DNA of 61,488 nt, filler included, from Basidiobolus meristosporus CBS 931.73 (GCA_002104905.1; 3 parts of 3 records of this genome joined end to end with filler, not necessarily neighbours in it); one strand, 5' to 3'. Counted from the whole stretch's first letter, positions 10,136-24,181 are shown. Notes: generated from the letters alone by a model not told the origin. Numbers and translations: made by a program.

Positions 10136-12181
10136 AAATGCTGGTGTAGTTGATGAAGAAAATATACTCTGTCTGCTTTGCAGCCTACCAGACATGTATG
10201 AGCCACTCATACTTTCTTTTGAAAGCAGAGAAGACAATTTGACTTTAGACTATGTCAAAGGAAGACTTCTCCTTGAAGAACTCAGATGTAATGATCAAGC
10301 AGAGAAAACTGAAGATAATGCATTATTCAGTTTAGAAAGGCACTCAGAAAAGAAGGGAAAGCAACAAAACCAAAGAAAACCTGGTTGATGTAACCACTGT
10401 AAAAAGCCAGGACACTGGGCAGGAGAATGCAAGAAGAAACAAGCAAACAAAAAACAGAAGCTTGAGCAGGCAAACCATATAACCACTGACCAACAGTTAT
10501 TTGTAACTGTACAAGAGAGTGCAAGTAGCCAAAGCAATGAATGGTATAGTGACTCTGGAGTATCACAGGATATTTGTGGTTTAAAGGAATGGTTCAGCAA
10601 CTTAAAGACTATTCCAGTAAGTAAGGTTTATCTAGGAGATAACTCTGCTCTGGAAGCTACTGCCAGTGGGTCTAAACAACTAAATATGAGCAGTAGCTCT
10701 GGGGCAACAACAGCAAGACTGACTGAAGTACTCTTTGTACTTGGAATAGCTACATACCTACCCTCAGTCAGTAAAGCCACTGCTCAGGGACTGAAGTTCA
10801 TTTGTGCTAAGATGAGCTGCCCAATATTGAGTGAAAATGGACAAAAATTAGCTTTGGGAATCAGAGATCACAATATATACAAATTACAGCGCAACATCAT
10901 TGTACCTGAGTATGTCAACACTGCGGCAACTGATGAAACCAGATGGGAGACATGGCATAGGAGGCTAGGACACAATGGGGAACAGAAAATGAGCCAATTG
11001 GTGAAAAATCAGCATGTTTTGGGCCTAAAATACTCAATTCCAATCAAATTGAATGTTTGTAAGGGATGTTCATATGTCTAACAAGCTAGGCAATGTTTCA
11101 AGAGCTCAGAAGACATCAATACCACCAGAATATTGGCTATTGTACACTCTACATATGTGGCCCCAGGAGAACACTGTCCTTTGGAGCCAAGAGACATTTT
11201 ATAATGTTCATTGATGACAAAACAAAATATACATGGGTGTACATCCTCAGAACAAAGGATGAAGCTTTGGAGATGTAGAGGCACTTCAAGTACATGGCAG
11301 AAACACAAACTGGGTGTAAATTGAAGGTACTACAAATTGACAATGGAGAAGAATACTCTTCAAAGGAGTTTAAAATTACTGCTTATCTACTAGTATAATT
11401 CCACAGACTTCAGCTCCTCATACTCCACAGCAAAATGGCGTAGCAGAACGTGCAAATAGAACAATAGTAGGGATGGGAAGATCTATGCTCTATGATAAGG
11501 GAATGGACTACAAGATTTTGGCTGAATCTGTTGCTACTGTGGTATATATCAAGAACAGATGCTGAACATCAGCACTGTGTAACTCTACACCCTTTGAAGC
11601 ATATACAGGCAAAAAACTGGATCTCCAGCACCTCAAGATCTTTGGCAGTGATGTTTTTTATTACATCCCTGACAGAAAACACTCAAAGTTGGAACTGAAG
11701 AGTAGGAAAGGGATCTTTCTGGGTATTGTGAAGATACTAAAGGGTATAGAGTGTATGATGGCAAAGCTCAGAATCTGATCAAGAGCAGGGACATTGTATT
11801 TGAGGAGAATTCAAATTGCAAAGCTACAGAAATCATTGGCCAGCTACCTGAAGATGCAATCAATACTAATGAAGAAGATATGTACCTAATTCAGTCAGAA
11901 ATGGGTGAGAACTCTACCAGTTCCAGATCAGAGCAGTTTCTCCCAGTTAGGAGCTCTACCAGAATAAGAAATGCCCCTGGATCCTGGTGGCTGACATCCA
12001 ATGATCATGAAGAAGTTTATCTTGCCTTATGTGCAAAACCTCAGAGTCTGCAACAGGCAATGCAAAGTCCAGATGCTACTATGTGGCAACAAGCCATGCA
12101 GGAGGAGTGCTAATCACCAATCATGGCAAAAATGTGGGAACTGGTAGATTTACCAAACAGGAGAAAGCCAATAGGATATAG

Positions 12182-13600
12182 ATGGGTCTACAAGATCAAG
12201 ATAACCTCAATGATGCTGTTGATAAGTGTAAGGCTAGATTAGTGGCTAAAGGCTATTCCCAGATCTGGGGACAAGACTTTAAGAAAACATTTGCTCTGGT
12301 TGCCAGCTTCAACTCCATTAGGACAGTTCTAGCCCTGGCAGCTGCACAGTCTAGATTTACACCAAATGGACATCAAAGCAGCCTCTCTCAATGGGGAGTT
12401 GCAAGAAACTATATATATGGAGCAATCAGAAGGATTTACCAACCTAAAAGAACCCATAAGGTGTGCAAACTTAGAAAATTGTTGTATAGGCTTAAGCAGG
12501 CACCTACAGCATGGTATAACAAGATTGATACATATCTAGAGGAAATTGGGTTCTCTTGTAGCAATGCAGATCACTGTATATACCTGAAGCAGCTCAAAAA
12601 AGGTGTGATCATCCTAGTTCTGTATGTGGACGACGTAATTATAGATACAAGAGATCAAGAGGCACTTAAACTGACAAAATCAGATCTCTTCAGAAAGTTT
12701 AAGATGAAAGATCTTGGAAAATTGAGCTATTTTCTTGGAATTGTGGTCAAACTTGACATACCTATGCAGAATATTGTGCTGAATCAGTCTAAGTACATCA
12801 GGGCCATTCTTAAATGCTTCAAAATGGAAAATTGCAAGCCTGCAGCTACCCCTATGGACAATAAACTGAAATTAAGCAAATTGCAGCCAGTTATAGATCA
12901 AAACAGCTCAAATATGGACCAAAGCTTTTCCTATCAATCAATGATTGGTAGCTCAATGTACTTGATGATGTCTACAAGTCTAGATATTGGAGTGTCAATG
13001 GAAATAGTTAGTTATGGATCAGATCAAAATGCAGCAGTTGAGCAGATTTTCAGATATCTACAAGGTACCATAAATATGGTACTGGAATACTCTGGAGCAG
13101 CTAATTGGCAAGAATTTGATGGTTATAGTGATTCAGATTGGGGTAGGGATATGACTGACAGATGCTGTACCACAAGAAATGTATTTCTTTATGCTGGTGC
13201 AGCAATTACTTGGAATTGCAAGAAACAACCAACTGTGGGCCTATCTGCAACTGAAGCTGAATATATGGCTGCATATCAAGCAACTAAGGAGGCTATATGG
13301 CTACAAAAATTATTCAAAGACTTAGGTTTTAATTCAGATGGACCAACATGTATTTACAAGGATAATCAAAGTTGTATTTCATCAGCTAGAAATCCTACTA
13401 ATCATGCCAGAACTAAGCACATTGAGATACAACATCACTTTGTGAGGGAAGCTGAAGAAAATAACTTATTAGAGTTAGTGTACTGCCCAACTAACAAAAT
13501 GGTGGCAAATATATTGACAAAATCACTAGCTACATCACAATTTGAGAATCTTGGGGAGGAATTAGGATTAAGAAATTATTTAGTGAGGGGGGGGTGTTGA
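12182..13600 (+). pseudogene. pol: Copia family B reverse transcriptase/RNase H remnant
   Basis: KARLVAKGYSQ, LVLYVDDVII, GYSDSDWG, KQPTVGLSATEAEY, KDNQSC, KHIEIQHHFVRE; a frameshift lies upstream of the MDVK-equivalent motif. Confidence 0.9.
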
Positions 13601-13962
13601 AATATTGGACTATTTGGTATCATTCAGCAGCTAGAGATTTACTTAACAATTCTGGACTAGTCTTGGTCACTGCGGGACTAATTTGCAGCTCTAGCTTTGT
13701 CACTTTCTCTAGATCTATGATCTTATGATGTTCCCCTACAGTCAGGATCTAATTAGCACTATTAGTAAACATTATGTACTAACCCTGAAACTGTTACAGA
13801 ATGCTCTTGAGTATTGAGAAACCCTCCTTACTTAGTGTAACAGCTGTATTACTTCTACAAAGGTATAAATACTGAGCTTCTTTATTAATAAACAACAGCT
13901 CAAGTATTATCACTATTTGTTGAAAAGCTCCTTATATCCAAATCACTTCTTAAATTGCAACA
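13595..13962 (+). repeat. LTR-C (368 bp)
   Basis: TGTTGAAATATT...AATTGCAACA directly after the PPT; antisense paralog at 22482-22850. Confidence 0.9.
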
Positions 13963-16900
13963 CAAAAGAGGTACTCAAAAACCTGTGAAGGCAACAGCAA
14001 CCTGGTTTGCAACTACTGCAAAAGGAAAAGAAACACATTGGACCATTGCTTTTAAAGGAGGGATATTAAGCAAAAGAAACCTGAATATGGAACTGCTGCA
14101 ACAACAGAAGATGCACTATTCATATCAGGACTAAAAATGACCACAAACAAGGATTCCCAGATGTGTATGCTTTGCCTCTGGAGTGTCTTAACACTGTATA
14201 CACCATAAATAGCTTTTACCTAATATCACAAAATTCTAATTGAGAAGGTTCTCATGGGTGTTGACAGAACACTTGATGAAGTGAGAGAAGGAATTATGCA
14301 AGCTAACCTCAGAAGCTGTCAAGGAGGGCATACTCTTACCTTCAAAGAAGTACTTTTTGTACAAGAAATAGCCAAGAATCTACTATCTATAAGCAAGACC
14401 ACAACAGAAGAACTCTGTTCCAGCTTTAACAATTCTGGATGAAAAATCACTGATGTAAATAGTGTCTGTATTGCTTTGTGTATCTGATACCCAAATCTAC
14501 ACAGGTTGACATGTATTCCATTGTATCTGGAAGCCAGTTGTGGTAATTTAAATGAAGAAAAACCAATGCTTTAGCACAGGAGATTTGAAGACATCAATTT
14601 TGATTATTTGTGCTAGATCCTCAAAGATCAGCAAAATTCCAGAGTGACTATGGATCCTCCAGCTAATAATGCTCTGACAATGGTGAAAAATATACCTCAA
14701 AACTCTTCATTCACTTCTGCAAAATCAATCGGATAAAGAAAGAGCCAACTGCACCATACTCACTAAAGCAGATGGAGTATCAGAACATGCAAACATATAA
14801 ATAATAGATATGGCAAGATCAATGAGCCATGATCAAAAATTATCACATGATATTTCAGCAAACTCAGTTGCCACAGCTGTATACCTCAAGAATAGGAGTT
14901 ATGACAGAATACTTTGTGATTCTACTTCATGTGAAGGATCATATCAGTACAGACTAAGTGCAGAACATCTTGCAATATTTTAGTGTAAATCAAATGCCAA
15001 CAAACTGCCCAGCAATGAGTCAAAACTTGAGCCAAAAGTATTAAATGAATATTTTTAGGTCACTGCCAAGCAAATAAGACATACAGACACTACAATACTA
15101 AATCAAAGAAGCTGAACAAGTTCAGCAATGTGTAAATTGATGAAAATTTAGAATTTTTACAAAACAGAACATCAGATAAAGATGAATCTGTGCCCAGGTC
15201 CACAAGTTGTTACGACTGAACCAGGCAAAACAGCAAAGAGATTCCCACTCTATAGGACTCAGCAACTTTAGTTCAGCCTGAATCAGTGCCTAGGAAAAGC
15301 CCAGAAGTGATCATTTCAGTATCATATACCAGGATATCCAACTGAAAAGTAATAGCCAAAATTACAAATACAAACTTAGCCAGTGCCTATTCAGTTTGTC
15401 TTGGGAGCCCCAGAGTGTAAAGATGCCCTAAGTGGCCTTTGGACAAAGTTTTGAGATCTGCAATGATTGCAGAATATCATGCCCTAATGGAAACTCAAAC
15501 TTGGAACTTAGTCAATATACAAATCAGCCAAAAATCAATTGGATGCAGATGGGTCTTCAAGATAAAATATAGGGCTGATGGTACAATTGAAAGATATAAA
15601 GCATGACTTATGGCCAAAAGACACTCTGCAATAAAAAAAACTTGACTACACTGAGACCTTTGCACTGGTAGCCAAGTTTACATCCATCAGATTAATAATG
15701 GCTATTGCAGCTAAATACAGGTTTTTTATTAATCAAATGGTTGTAAAAGCTGCATTTTCAAATGGAGATCTTGATGAGGACATGTATATGGACCAGCCTG
15801 ATGGGTTTCTTGAACAAAATTATGCCTATTTGGTCTGCAAGCTTAAAAAATCTCTATATGGACTTAACCAATCACCAAGAGTCTGGCATTGCAAGATAGA
15901 TTCTTGTTTGGAATCTTTGAGCTTGGAAAGGAGAAATGCTGACTATAGCATATACTACAAGCCAGATGGAGCAAATCCAGTTCTATTAGCTCTTTATGTG
16001 AATGATCTTATTAAAGCCCCCAATTACCTTAAAAAATTGGAAGTGACTAAATTCAGCCTATGTAAAGAATGTAAGATGTCCAATCTAGGAGAACTAAGTT
16101 ACTACTTGGGGAGAAAGTTCTCCATAGACAGAAGTGCCCAAAATTTCACCTCAAGCCAATCCTAGTACATTCAAGATACACCAAAGAGGTGTCAAATGGA
16201 AGACTATAAACTGGTAGCTACCCTGTTAGAGATTACCCATAACTTGGTCAAAGCTCAACCAAATCAAGATAGCCTGGTGTCATCTGAAAGCCCTGACTTT
16301 TCTTATCACTCTATGATCAGCAGTTGGATGTATATCATGCTTGGAATATGTTCAGACATCTCATTTTCTGTGGGAATTGTCAGCCGGCATAATTAGAGCC
16401 ATGGATCTGATTATATTACAACAGTTAAGTTGATTTGTGGATACCTATAAGGAACTGCTGATATTTGCTTGAGGTACAACTAAAAGTGCTTGGAAAATAT
16501 TTTGTGGGATACTATGATGCTGATTAGGGACAAATCTCAAAAGAAATAAAATCCTCCACAGGATACACCATTCTTTACTGTCAAGGAGCAAAATCTTGGA
16601 GCTCAAGAAAGCAACCAGCTGTAACACTTTCCACCATAGAGGCAGAGTATATGGCACTCTGTAGAGCTAGAAAAGAGCCAATGTGTCTGGGAGAGCTTTT
16701 GACAGATTTAGGTCTATGTCAAAATACACCTATTATCATTTATAAAGATAATCAAGGCTGTACACAATTAGATAAAAATCCTACTTTTCATGCTAATACT
16801 AAGCACATGGATATTAGACATTGTGTTATATGCAAAGCTTTAAAGAACTTGGTTGGCTTAGTTTACAGTCCAACAGATAATATTATTACAGACATATTCA

Positions 16901-17330
16901 CTGAACCTTTGGCTAGAGGGGAGTTTGAATATCTTAGGTAAAATTAGGATTAGTCATTATGAGCATTTAGTTGAGTGGGAGTGCTGTAAGAGTATAGAAT
17001 TTCACCTCAATATCCACCTAACTTAGTCCCCTAGATCATTACATTCAAATCCTAGAGAATACTGACCAAATTCCTTGTTGGGATTTACTGAGAATATTTT
17101 CACCAAAGTACCAGCAACCCAGATCATGATAGTTCTCAAAGTTGTCCAAACAGCCGAAAACTATGCATATATGTACTTGGGACCTTTTTGAGTCTATTCT
17201 ATGTGCTTGTTATGCCAAGACCATGTAAAAGTATCAATATTACTTTTACACCCAATAAATCATTAAGGGAAGACCACATAATCTACTTGTTCTCCCAATC
17301 ACTTGCAATATCTCCCCAACATTAACAACA
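13963..17330 (+). mobile_element. Heavily decayed copia family A copy (mid-gag to 3' LTR at 16982-17330)
   Basis: Collinear with element A2 (31482-36132) from gag to RNase H, with many stops. PPT GAGTGGGAG precedes a 349-bp LTR, TGCTGTAAG...TTAACAACA. Confidence 0.85.
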
Positions 17331-18261
17331 GGTATCTATCAAGCACAAACATCTGCAAATAGCAAAGTAGCAAGGGATAACTTGAAAGAAAGTATGATCA
17401 TATCTTTGCATTTGCTCTCGATGAGTTCTCTTTTAAATGTACCCCAGCAGCAAATCCTGCTGGCCATTGATTCTCAATAATCTTGATCTACCACCACTAT
17501 CATAGTATTGGAGCAAAAATTTGATGGTAGTCTCACTGGTAATTGGGCATAAAACACTGTCCAACCTGGAAAGCTACCTGCATTCATTGACAAATAAGTT
17601 TTGTATGCTTTCCAGCAGGTTAATAGTAACTGGCTGTCACATCAAAGTATTTATTATTATCTGCATTAGAGATACCCCAGCCATCAGCATGATAGCAGGC
17701 TTTTCTGGGTGCAATGAATGTCACTGTTGCCAAATGTGTCAGATCCAGGGAATTTACTCCATAGCTCATGTGTGTTATCATTATCCAAATACTAACACTC
17801 AGAACATCATCTTCCCACAGTGGAAATGTACAAAAGCCAGCATGTAATAGCAGCAAAGTTATGTTTATCATGCAATGACACACCACCTGTGGAAATAAAT
17901 GCCAAGGATACATCTGCAGCCAAGTGCACCCAGTAATCCATTAATTGGTGAATGATGTGATATTGTGGCTTCAGAAGTGCCAGGTCTCCAACAATATCAG
18001 TTACTGTGGCTTGCAGAATTTACTGCTTTTGCTGGCCAATAAACACTCCTAGAGGCAACTTACCACAAACATGGTGTAAGTGAATATTTGTCATGCAGCT
18101 GGCTACATACAACCTAAAGGCCATTCCTTTACATGCATATGTTAGCAGTTGCATGGCATTCTTATCAGATATTGCTACCATTGGATAGTGCCCAACATGT
18201 CAGCATTCCAGCAGTATAGGAGAGATTCATTGTTTTCATTCTGAATATTTCCAGTGACACT
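17331..18261 (+). pseudogene. CACTA-like transposase fragments
   Basis: 17331-17830 matches about 560-1090 (SCWPLILNNLDLPP, CQMCQIQGIYS); 17870-18260 matches about 105-490. Confidence 0.75.
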
Positions 18262-21200
18262 CTACCTGAAGATTTCCATGCATTCAGAGAAGTATTTGAT
18301 GTATTTGATGTTGACATCTGTTGGCATTATATGCTTTGTTGCTGCCACTTTTGCAATCAATGCCACTTGAGTATCAGCCAAATACTGTTTGATACAGAAC
18401 CAATATATTCCTTCTCCCTGCTGGATTCTAGTTTCCCTTATAGGAACACTCCTGATTATGTTTGTATGCATTTTGTGTTAGGTGGTGTGGAAGCTGGCTT
18501 ACTTTGGTAAAATTGTCCTGATAAGTATTAGCTGTCGGCAACATCCAGCCCTACCAATCTTAACTTGATTGAATACCCATCCATTGGGGCAGCTTAGCTT
18601 TGTAATGCAAAAGGCATCAATGTTTCCATTTGCACATCTGTCAATTATATTTTCTAACTCTCCCTGGTGGTCCTTCATGTATCAACATATCCCATCCATG
18701 ACAGACCTGAAGGTAATAGTCATGGCGGAATTGAGCTCAGGTATTACTTGCAACTTGACATGTCTACCTATTACCTTACACATCAGCTTCATAGGAAACT
18801 CCTAGAAGGCAATGCAAGGACCAATATCCTCCACACACCAGGCAAGAAGGGGTATAGAATGGATGCAGTAGCAGCTGAGATCCACAAATTCAGCTTTATG
18901 CTTTTGGTGCAACTGCTCAAATCTGGCCACATACTCAAAGCAAAAAAGCTATAGATGTGCCAGATTGATATTGGCAATCTGCTTCTGAGATAATATTTCT
19001 GGTATCTCAATGCACCTATAAGCTTGAAATGCCCCATGTACAATTTGGTAGCTAGTGTAGGGATATTGATGAAGAGTAAAGGCATAGCTCCCAGTGGAAA
19101 GCTTTTGCTCCAGCAGGTTCCTGTAGAAATAGTTAGGAATCCACCTAATTATTAATATATGATGAACTAGCACTAAGCTATGTGATGTATTTCAGATTAT
19201 TGACTTAGAAATTAGTTTGTAAGATATATGCTTATTGTTAGGAATCAGAGAAACACAGGATTTTAGGAAAATTTGAAACTTGTCCAAATGAGCTGAAACT
19301 TGGCACATGTACTCCTGAGACTCCCCTAACAGTTACTAAATAGTTATACTTAGGCAGTTCTGCAATAAGTATAAATACTGTGTTGTAACTCAATAAAACA
19401 ACAAGTGCACATTGTGTAAATCTTCTAATTCTCCAATTCACTTCCAATATATCTCTCTGATATTTTGACAGTTCCCTCATTGCTGAGTATATCCAGCTCA
19501 TGGTTAATACTATATTCTGCCCAATTGTGTGTAGCTTGCCAGCTGTGTGGCAATTGCATCCTAGCCTCTACACATTCTCAGTGTAGGAAGATGATGTTGT
19601 TATTATTGGTGTTTGGATAATAATATTATACATGAGTTGTGGAGCAGATCCCTAGGATCTCACATAATTGACAGCAATTTTGTCCATTGTGCCAAAAATA
19701 TCCAGCTAGCTGGCTGATAGCAGGGGTATCTCCAATGCAGATACTACTATACACTTTAACATTACAGTCATTTACTAGTATCCTGCTGAATAACTTTCAG
19801 AGTTCATCCAGCAATGGACACTTGTAGTTATCTGACTTGAACAGTGATTTAGGCCCATACATCAGTGAGACTACCATCAGAATTATGCTCTGCTATTGCA
19901 CGATTTGTGGCAGATTTAGATTGATGAGAATCAGTGTCCATCAAAAACTGATGGCAAGAACTTGTTCAGTGGTTATCCAACAAGTTGTAAGGCAAAGGTT
20001 AGGTCATAAAACACCTTTGAAGTAGCCATCACTTCTTAGTTGTTTGTGATGTTTGCTATCAGGTATATTGGAAATACTTGCCCTTGATTGATACTGAGTG
20101 AGGTAACTTATAGCAACACAATATTTGTTCAACTGCATGGTTTTTGTTTCATTGCACAATGGGATCTTGCAAAGCTCATGCAGGGTACTATTGTGAGGGG
20201 AGTTAGGCTTAATATCCATGAGTATCTTTATTCTTCATAGCTATGACTTTGTAGGGCATATTCAGAAAGCTGAGTGAGCCAATAGGCAATACAAGCTCAC
20301 CTAGACTGGTTGATGCAAGGTGATAAATTTATATAGGGCTGCTACAGCAGTGCCAAGTTACCATCAAGATATTGTTGGTAGAGTAGTGACTGTTGCATAC
20401 CTGAATACAACTCATGCAGCAAAACACTAGCTGTCATCCCTGTAATACTTCCTATTTCATCTGCATGCTTCATGACTGAGAGGCTTGTCATAATAGCAAC
20501 ATGTTTGCTCTCCCTTCTCTTACAGCATTGAGCCAAAGTAGCTTTGTCCATAATGTAAACAGCTTGACACTCAGCAACACAGTACTATTTTGTCAGCTTT
20601 TTTCTATTATTTATATGAGTATGGGTCATTATTGTATTTAAGACATTATTTGTGCATGAATGTAGGATTGATGATGACCTACCATGGTAAATATTATGAA
20701 AAAAGCTGTGGCACTGGATATGCATGCATATGCAACACTATTTCCCATGCTTTTTGACTTACTTCTGAATATTTGCAATAAAAATACAAAGCCAAGTTGG
20801 CCAGTTCCTGCTCAAACCCCGCTGCAAACAGCAACTGCAAAACAGCTGGACCACAGCTTGCTTTGACATTCAGTGCAACAAGCAGTGCTAGATCCAAAAA
20901 AGCTATGTTGACAGTGTGAAAACTGAAGGTAATTATGCAGGCTAATTAGGCTCCCAGTCAAGTGGGCAACACAAAATATCTGCGGGGTTACATGCATACT
21001 GCTAAGCTCAGGCAGAAATGAGTGTTGCAAATGCTGTATCTCCTGTGGAAGTCCAGTATATGACTGTCATAACATCACCACCACCAATATCAGCAAGTAT
21101 GCTATTGGCTCTTACTGAAGTATTAACAAGCATTCAGGTGCAATGATTGATAAGATAGATGCAATAACCCAGATAAACTGATAAATAGTCCAGAGACAGG

Positions 21201-22260
21201 GTGAGAGGATAATATATGCAAAGTCAACAATATCCTAGGTTGAAAACACAATGTCTTTGCTGCAAAGAAGGAACTGGGGTATCTCAATGTCACAGCTGGG
21301 AAATGGGTTATTTCTTAATGTAACAACTGAGGAGCACTGCATAGTTCCTGAAGCACGCCAACAACACCCAAAAAAAAGCCCATAAAGAGATATATTCATG
21401 AAGCTGCAGAGTGCAGTGATGAAAAGTGTGCCAATATTTAACAGGCTTTAAGAGGTCTAGCTCAACATCACATTAAAACTGGTATATATTAGGTCCATTA
21501 GGAACTGAAGGCCAAGCAGAATGAACCTGATCCAGTCCATAAGTACTCTCCTTTATTTAATCCAGCAAACAGATCCTGGGCCAACATTGGTAGGCTAAGA
21601 AAGTATTTCCACAATATCAGTGACTATCCAAGATTGAGGTTGAGGAATGCCTAGACTAAAAGCCAGTGATTTCCCCAAGAGCTTATCAAAAGTAGTGTGG
21701 AAAGCTCTAAACAAGTGGCAACAAAGCTTGAAGTAGTCAGAAGAGTGCTGGAAAGAGTCAAGCAGGCAAAAACTGATGCACTTGTGCAGCATAATTATGG
21801 AAATAATATAGTAAACTCAGGTAGCACTCAGTCAAATTGGCACTGAAAAGCCTGGTAGTGATCAAGGTAAAGGTCAAGGGAAAAATGTTACCCTAGCCAG
21901 AAGCAGGGAAGTGAGAGAAAGGATCTGCAGTTCCTGCCCATAAATGCCTTCAGCCCAGATCAGACTGAATCCCATAATTGCAGTGTACTTACCAAGAAGA
22001 CAACAAATCTTTAACAGGAGTTGGAACCACTGCCAGTTAAGCCATACCTCTGTACTGTAGATGAGTTTGCAGTAAAAGGCAGCATTTCTACCACAGCCTC
22101 CACATCCACTCCTGTAGACAGAGTGGCAATCCTACTGACAGACAAAGCAACAACATGAAGATCAGACTGAATCCCATCTCAGCCAAGAAGAATTACCAAC
22201 AAAAAAACAGCTGTTTTCACAGGAGTTGGAATCAATATGTCATCTAGGTAAATTACCACC
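18262..22260 (-). mobile_element. CACTA-like element copy 3 (antisense): transposase on -, gene Y on +
   Basis: 18262-20600 is the reverse-complement homolog of the transposase, including the N-terminal region near 20470-20550. 20750-22250 is a diverged gene Y. Same divergent layout as copy 2. Confidence 0.75.
19122..19470 (+). repeat. Solo LTR-D (349 bp) with 5-bp TSD GTTCC
   Basis: TGTAGAAAT...TTTTGACA, with GTTCC at 19117-19121 and 19471-19475. Contains TATAAATA and AATAAA. The host transposase is continuous across it. Confidence 0.85.
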
Positions 22261-22261
22261 A

Positions 22262-22396
22262 ACTTGTCTAAGTATTCTTGGTGGACTGTTTGCATCAAGG
22301 TCATGAATGTTGCAGGGGTATTGGTGTGGTCAAGTCTCATAACTAGGTATTTGTAATGTCCATACCTGGTCCTGAATGCTGTCTTAGGGATGTCTT
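22262..22396 (-). pseudogene. Gypsy reverse transcriptase fragment (paralog of element G)
   Basis: Matches 25300-25383 joined to 29456-29490 without interruption. Confidence 0.8.
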
Positions 22397-22428
22397 TGTT
22401 GCAATTTAAGAAGTGATTTGGATATAAG

Positions 22429-23170
22429 TGTTACAAGTCTTGGTATAAGACTTGTAGAGGAATAGGGAGTTTAGCTAGTATTGTTGCAATTTAAGAAGTG
22501 ATTTGGATATAAAGAACTTATCAAGAAATAGTAATAATAGTTGAACTGTTGTTTATTCATAAAGAAGCTCAGTATTTATACCTTTGTAGAAGTAATACAG
22601 CTGCAACACTAAGTAGGGAGGGTTTCTCAATATTCAGGAGCATTCTGTAACAGTTTCAGGGTTAGTACATAATGTTTGGTAATAGTGCTAATTTGATTCT
22701 GACTATAGGGGAATAATCATAAGATCATATATCTGGAGAAAGTGGCAAAGTTAAGGCAGTAAATGAGTCCTACAGTGACTAAGACTAGCCTAGAATTGTT
22801 AAGTAAATTTTTAGCTGCTGAATGATACCAAATAGTCCAATATTTCAACAAGTATTGTATTCACTAAAACTGGAACTGATTTTTATTGAGGTTCCAGCAG
22901 CTCCTTATGTACATTTTGCCAGATCAATTGCTGACTAATTGTATTTCCTAAAGTAGGTTGTGGCTGATGACTCATTTGATTGCATCATCATCACCCAATA
23001 AGATCCTACTTGATATATCTATTTCTGTCTGATAAGGATCTGCTGATTCATTTGCTGACTAATGCTACTGATTTGATAGATAATACTGATATACTGATAA
23101 CCTAAACATATACTGATTGATTTGACTAAAAACTGATCTAACTTAAACATTCAAGCGGCAGATCATAACA
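22429..23170 (-). repeat. Gypsy G 3' LTR (about 368 bp after removing the nested solo LTR-C)
   Basis: TG...CA ends with an adjoining polypurine tract. Confidence 0.8.
22482..22850 (-). repeat. Solo LTR-C (369 bp) with 5-bp TSD AGTAT
   Basis: Reverse complement of 13595-13962, with AGTAT at 22477-22481 and 22851-22855. Confidence 0.92.
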
Positions 23171-23371
23171 TTCTCCCCTACTAAAGTTGGGGGGTTCTCC
23201 TGAATCTCTTTTGTTGTGATACCAATATCTTGATGGTTCAGTATAATCACCAAGTCTTGCAAGCTTGAGTCTGTCCCTATGCACTAAGTCTTCCCGGATA
23301 TTGCCATGTTTGTCCACCAGTTGGTAAGTTGCAAATGGACATTCTCTGATGATCTTGAATGGTCCGGTCCA

Positions 23372-24181
23372 TTATGGCTCAAACTTCTTTTGAGTGTTGT
23401 TTCTTAGCAATACAAAGTTCCCAACTGTCAATGCTTCTGGTGCTATAGTCTTATCAAATCTCTGCTTCATCTTTTCTGCACTTTGAGATACTTTGGTCTG
23501 TGCCTCTTGACATCTTTGTTCCAGTTGCTGGTGTCTACTTGGCTGACTGAGTTCATCTTCTAAGGTGTCTGTAAGCTTTGGTTGTGTGAGATCTCCTGGA
23601 ATCCTTGGTTCACATCCATACACTAAGTAAAATGGTAATTGCTGGGTGGTGTTGTGTACTCTGACTCTGCATGCAAAGAGTGCTTGGTCTATATACTCAT
23701 CCCATCTACTGACAACTCCACTTGCATACTTGGTCAGCATTTTTCCAAATAATCCATTAAACTGCTCAGTGACTCCATTAGTTCTGGGGTGATATGCCAA
23801 GGTTTTCATGTGTCTGATCTGCTGCATTTCCAGGTAAGCCTCTAATGTCTTTGCCATAAAGTTTGCTCCTCTATCAGATAAGATCTCCACAGGGCATCCA
23901 AACTTCATCAGGATCTCATGGTAAATGAAACTTGCAACTTCTTGTTCACTGGCTATTGGTATAGCTTTAGCAACTGGCCATTTAGTGGCATGGTCAATTG
24001 CTACTAGCATCCAACGGTTGCATTTCCTGGTAGTTGGCAGTCTTCCAATAAGGTCAATTCCCCATCTTTCAAATGGTCTTACAGGCTCCAAGGGAAAGAG
24101 TTTGGCAATTCTCTGTGATTGGCTTTGGTTGATTTGGCAATTTGGGCATGTTTTCACTTGCTTCTCAATGTCTTGTTTCAT
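23372..24181 (-). pseudogene. pol: Gypsy integrase core
   Basis: VKTCPNCQ, RWGIDLIG, ILSDRGANF, YHPRTNGVTEQFN. Premature TAA in FEP*WTGPF. Confidence 0.92.

Larger units (their letters stand above)
10136..13962 (+). mobile_element. Ty1/copia element family B, 5'-truncated and decayed, with PPT and 3' LTR-C
   Basis: gag ESREDNLTLDYVKGRLL, knuckle CNHCKKPGHWAGEC, protease-like WYSDSGVS, WHRRLGH, RT YVDD and RNase H in ORF 12182-13600. PPT GAGGGGGGGG at 13585-13594. Confidence 0.9.

Noticed and set aside
23180-23372. Chromodomain at the gypsy integrase C-terminus
   Set aside because: The sequence after FEP*WTGPF is short, shows no chromodomain aromatic pattern and runs into the PPT.
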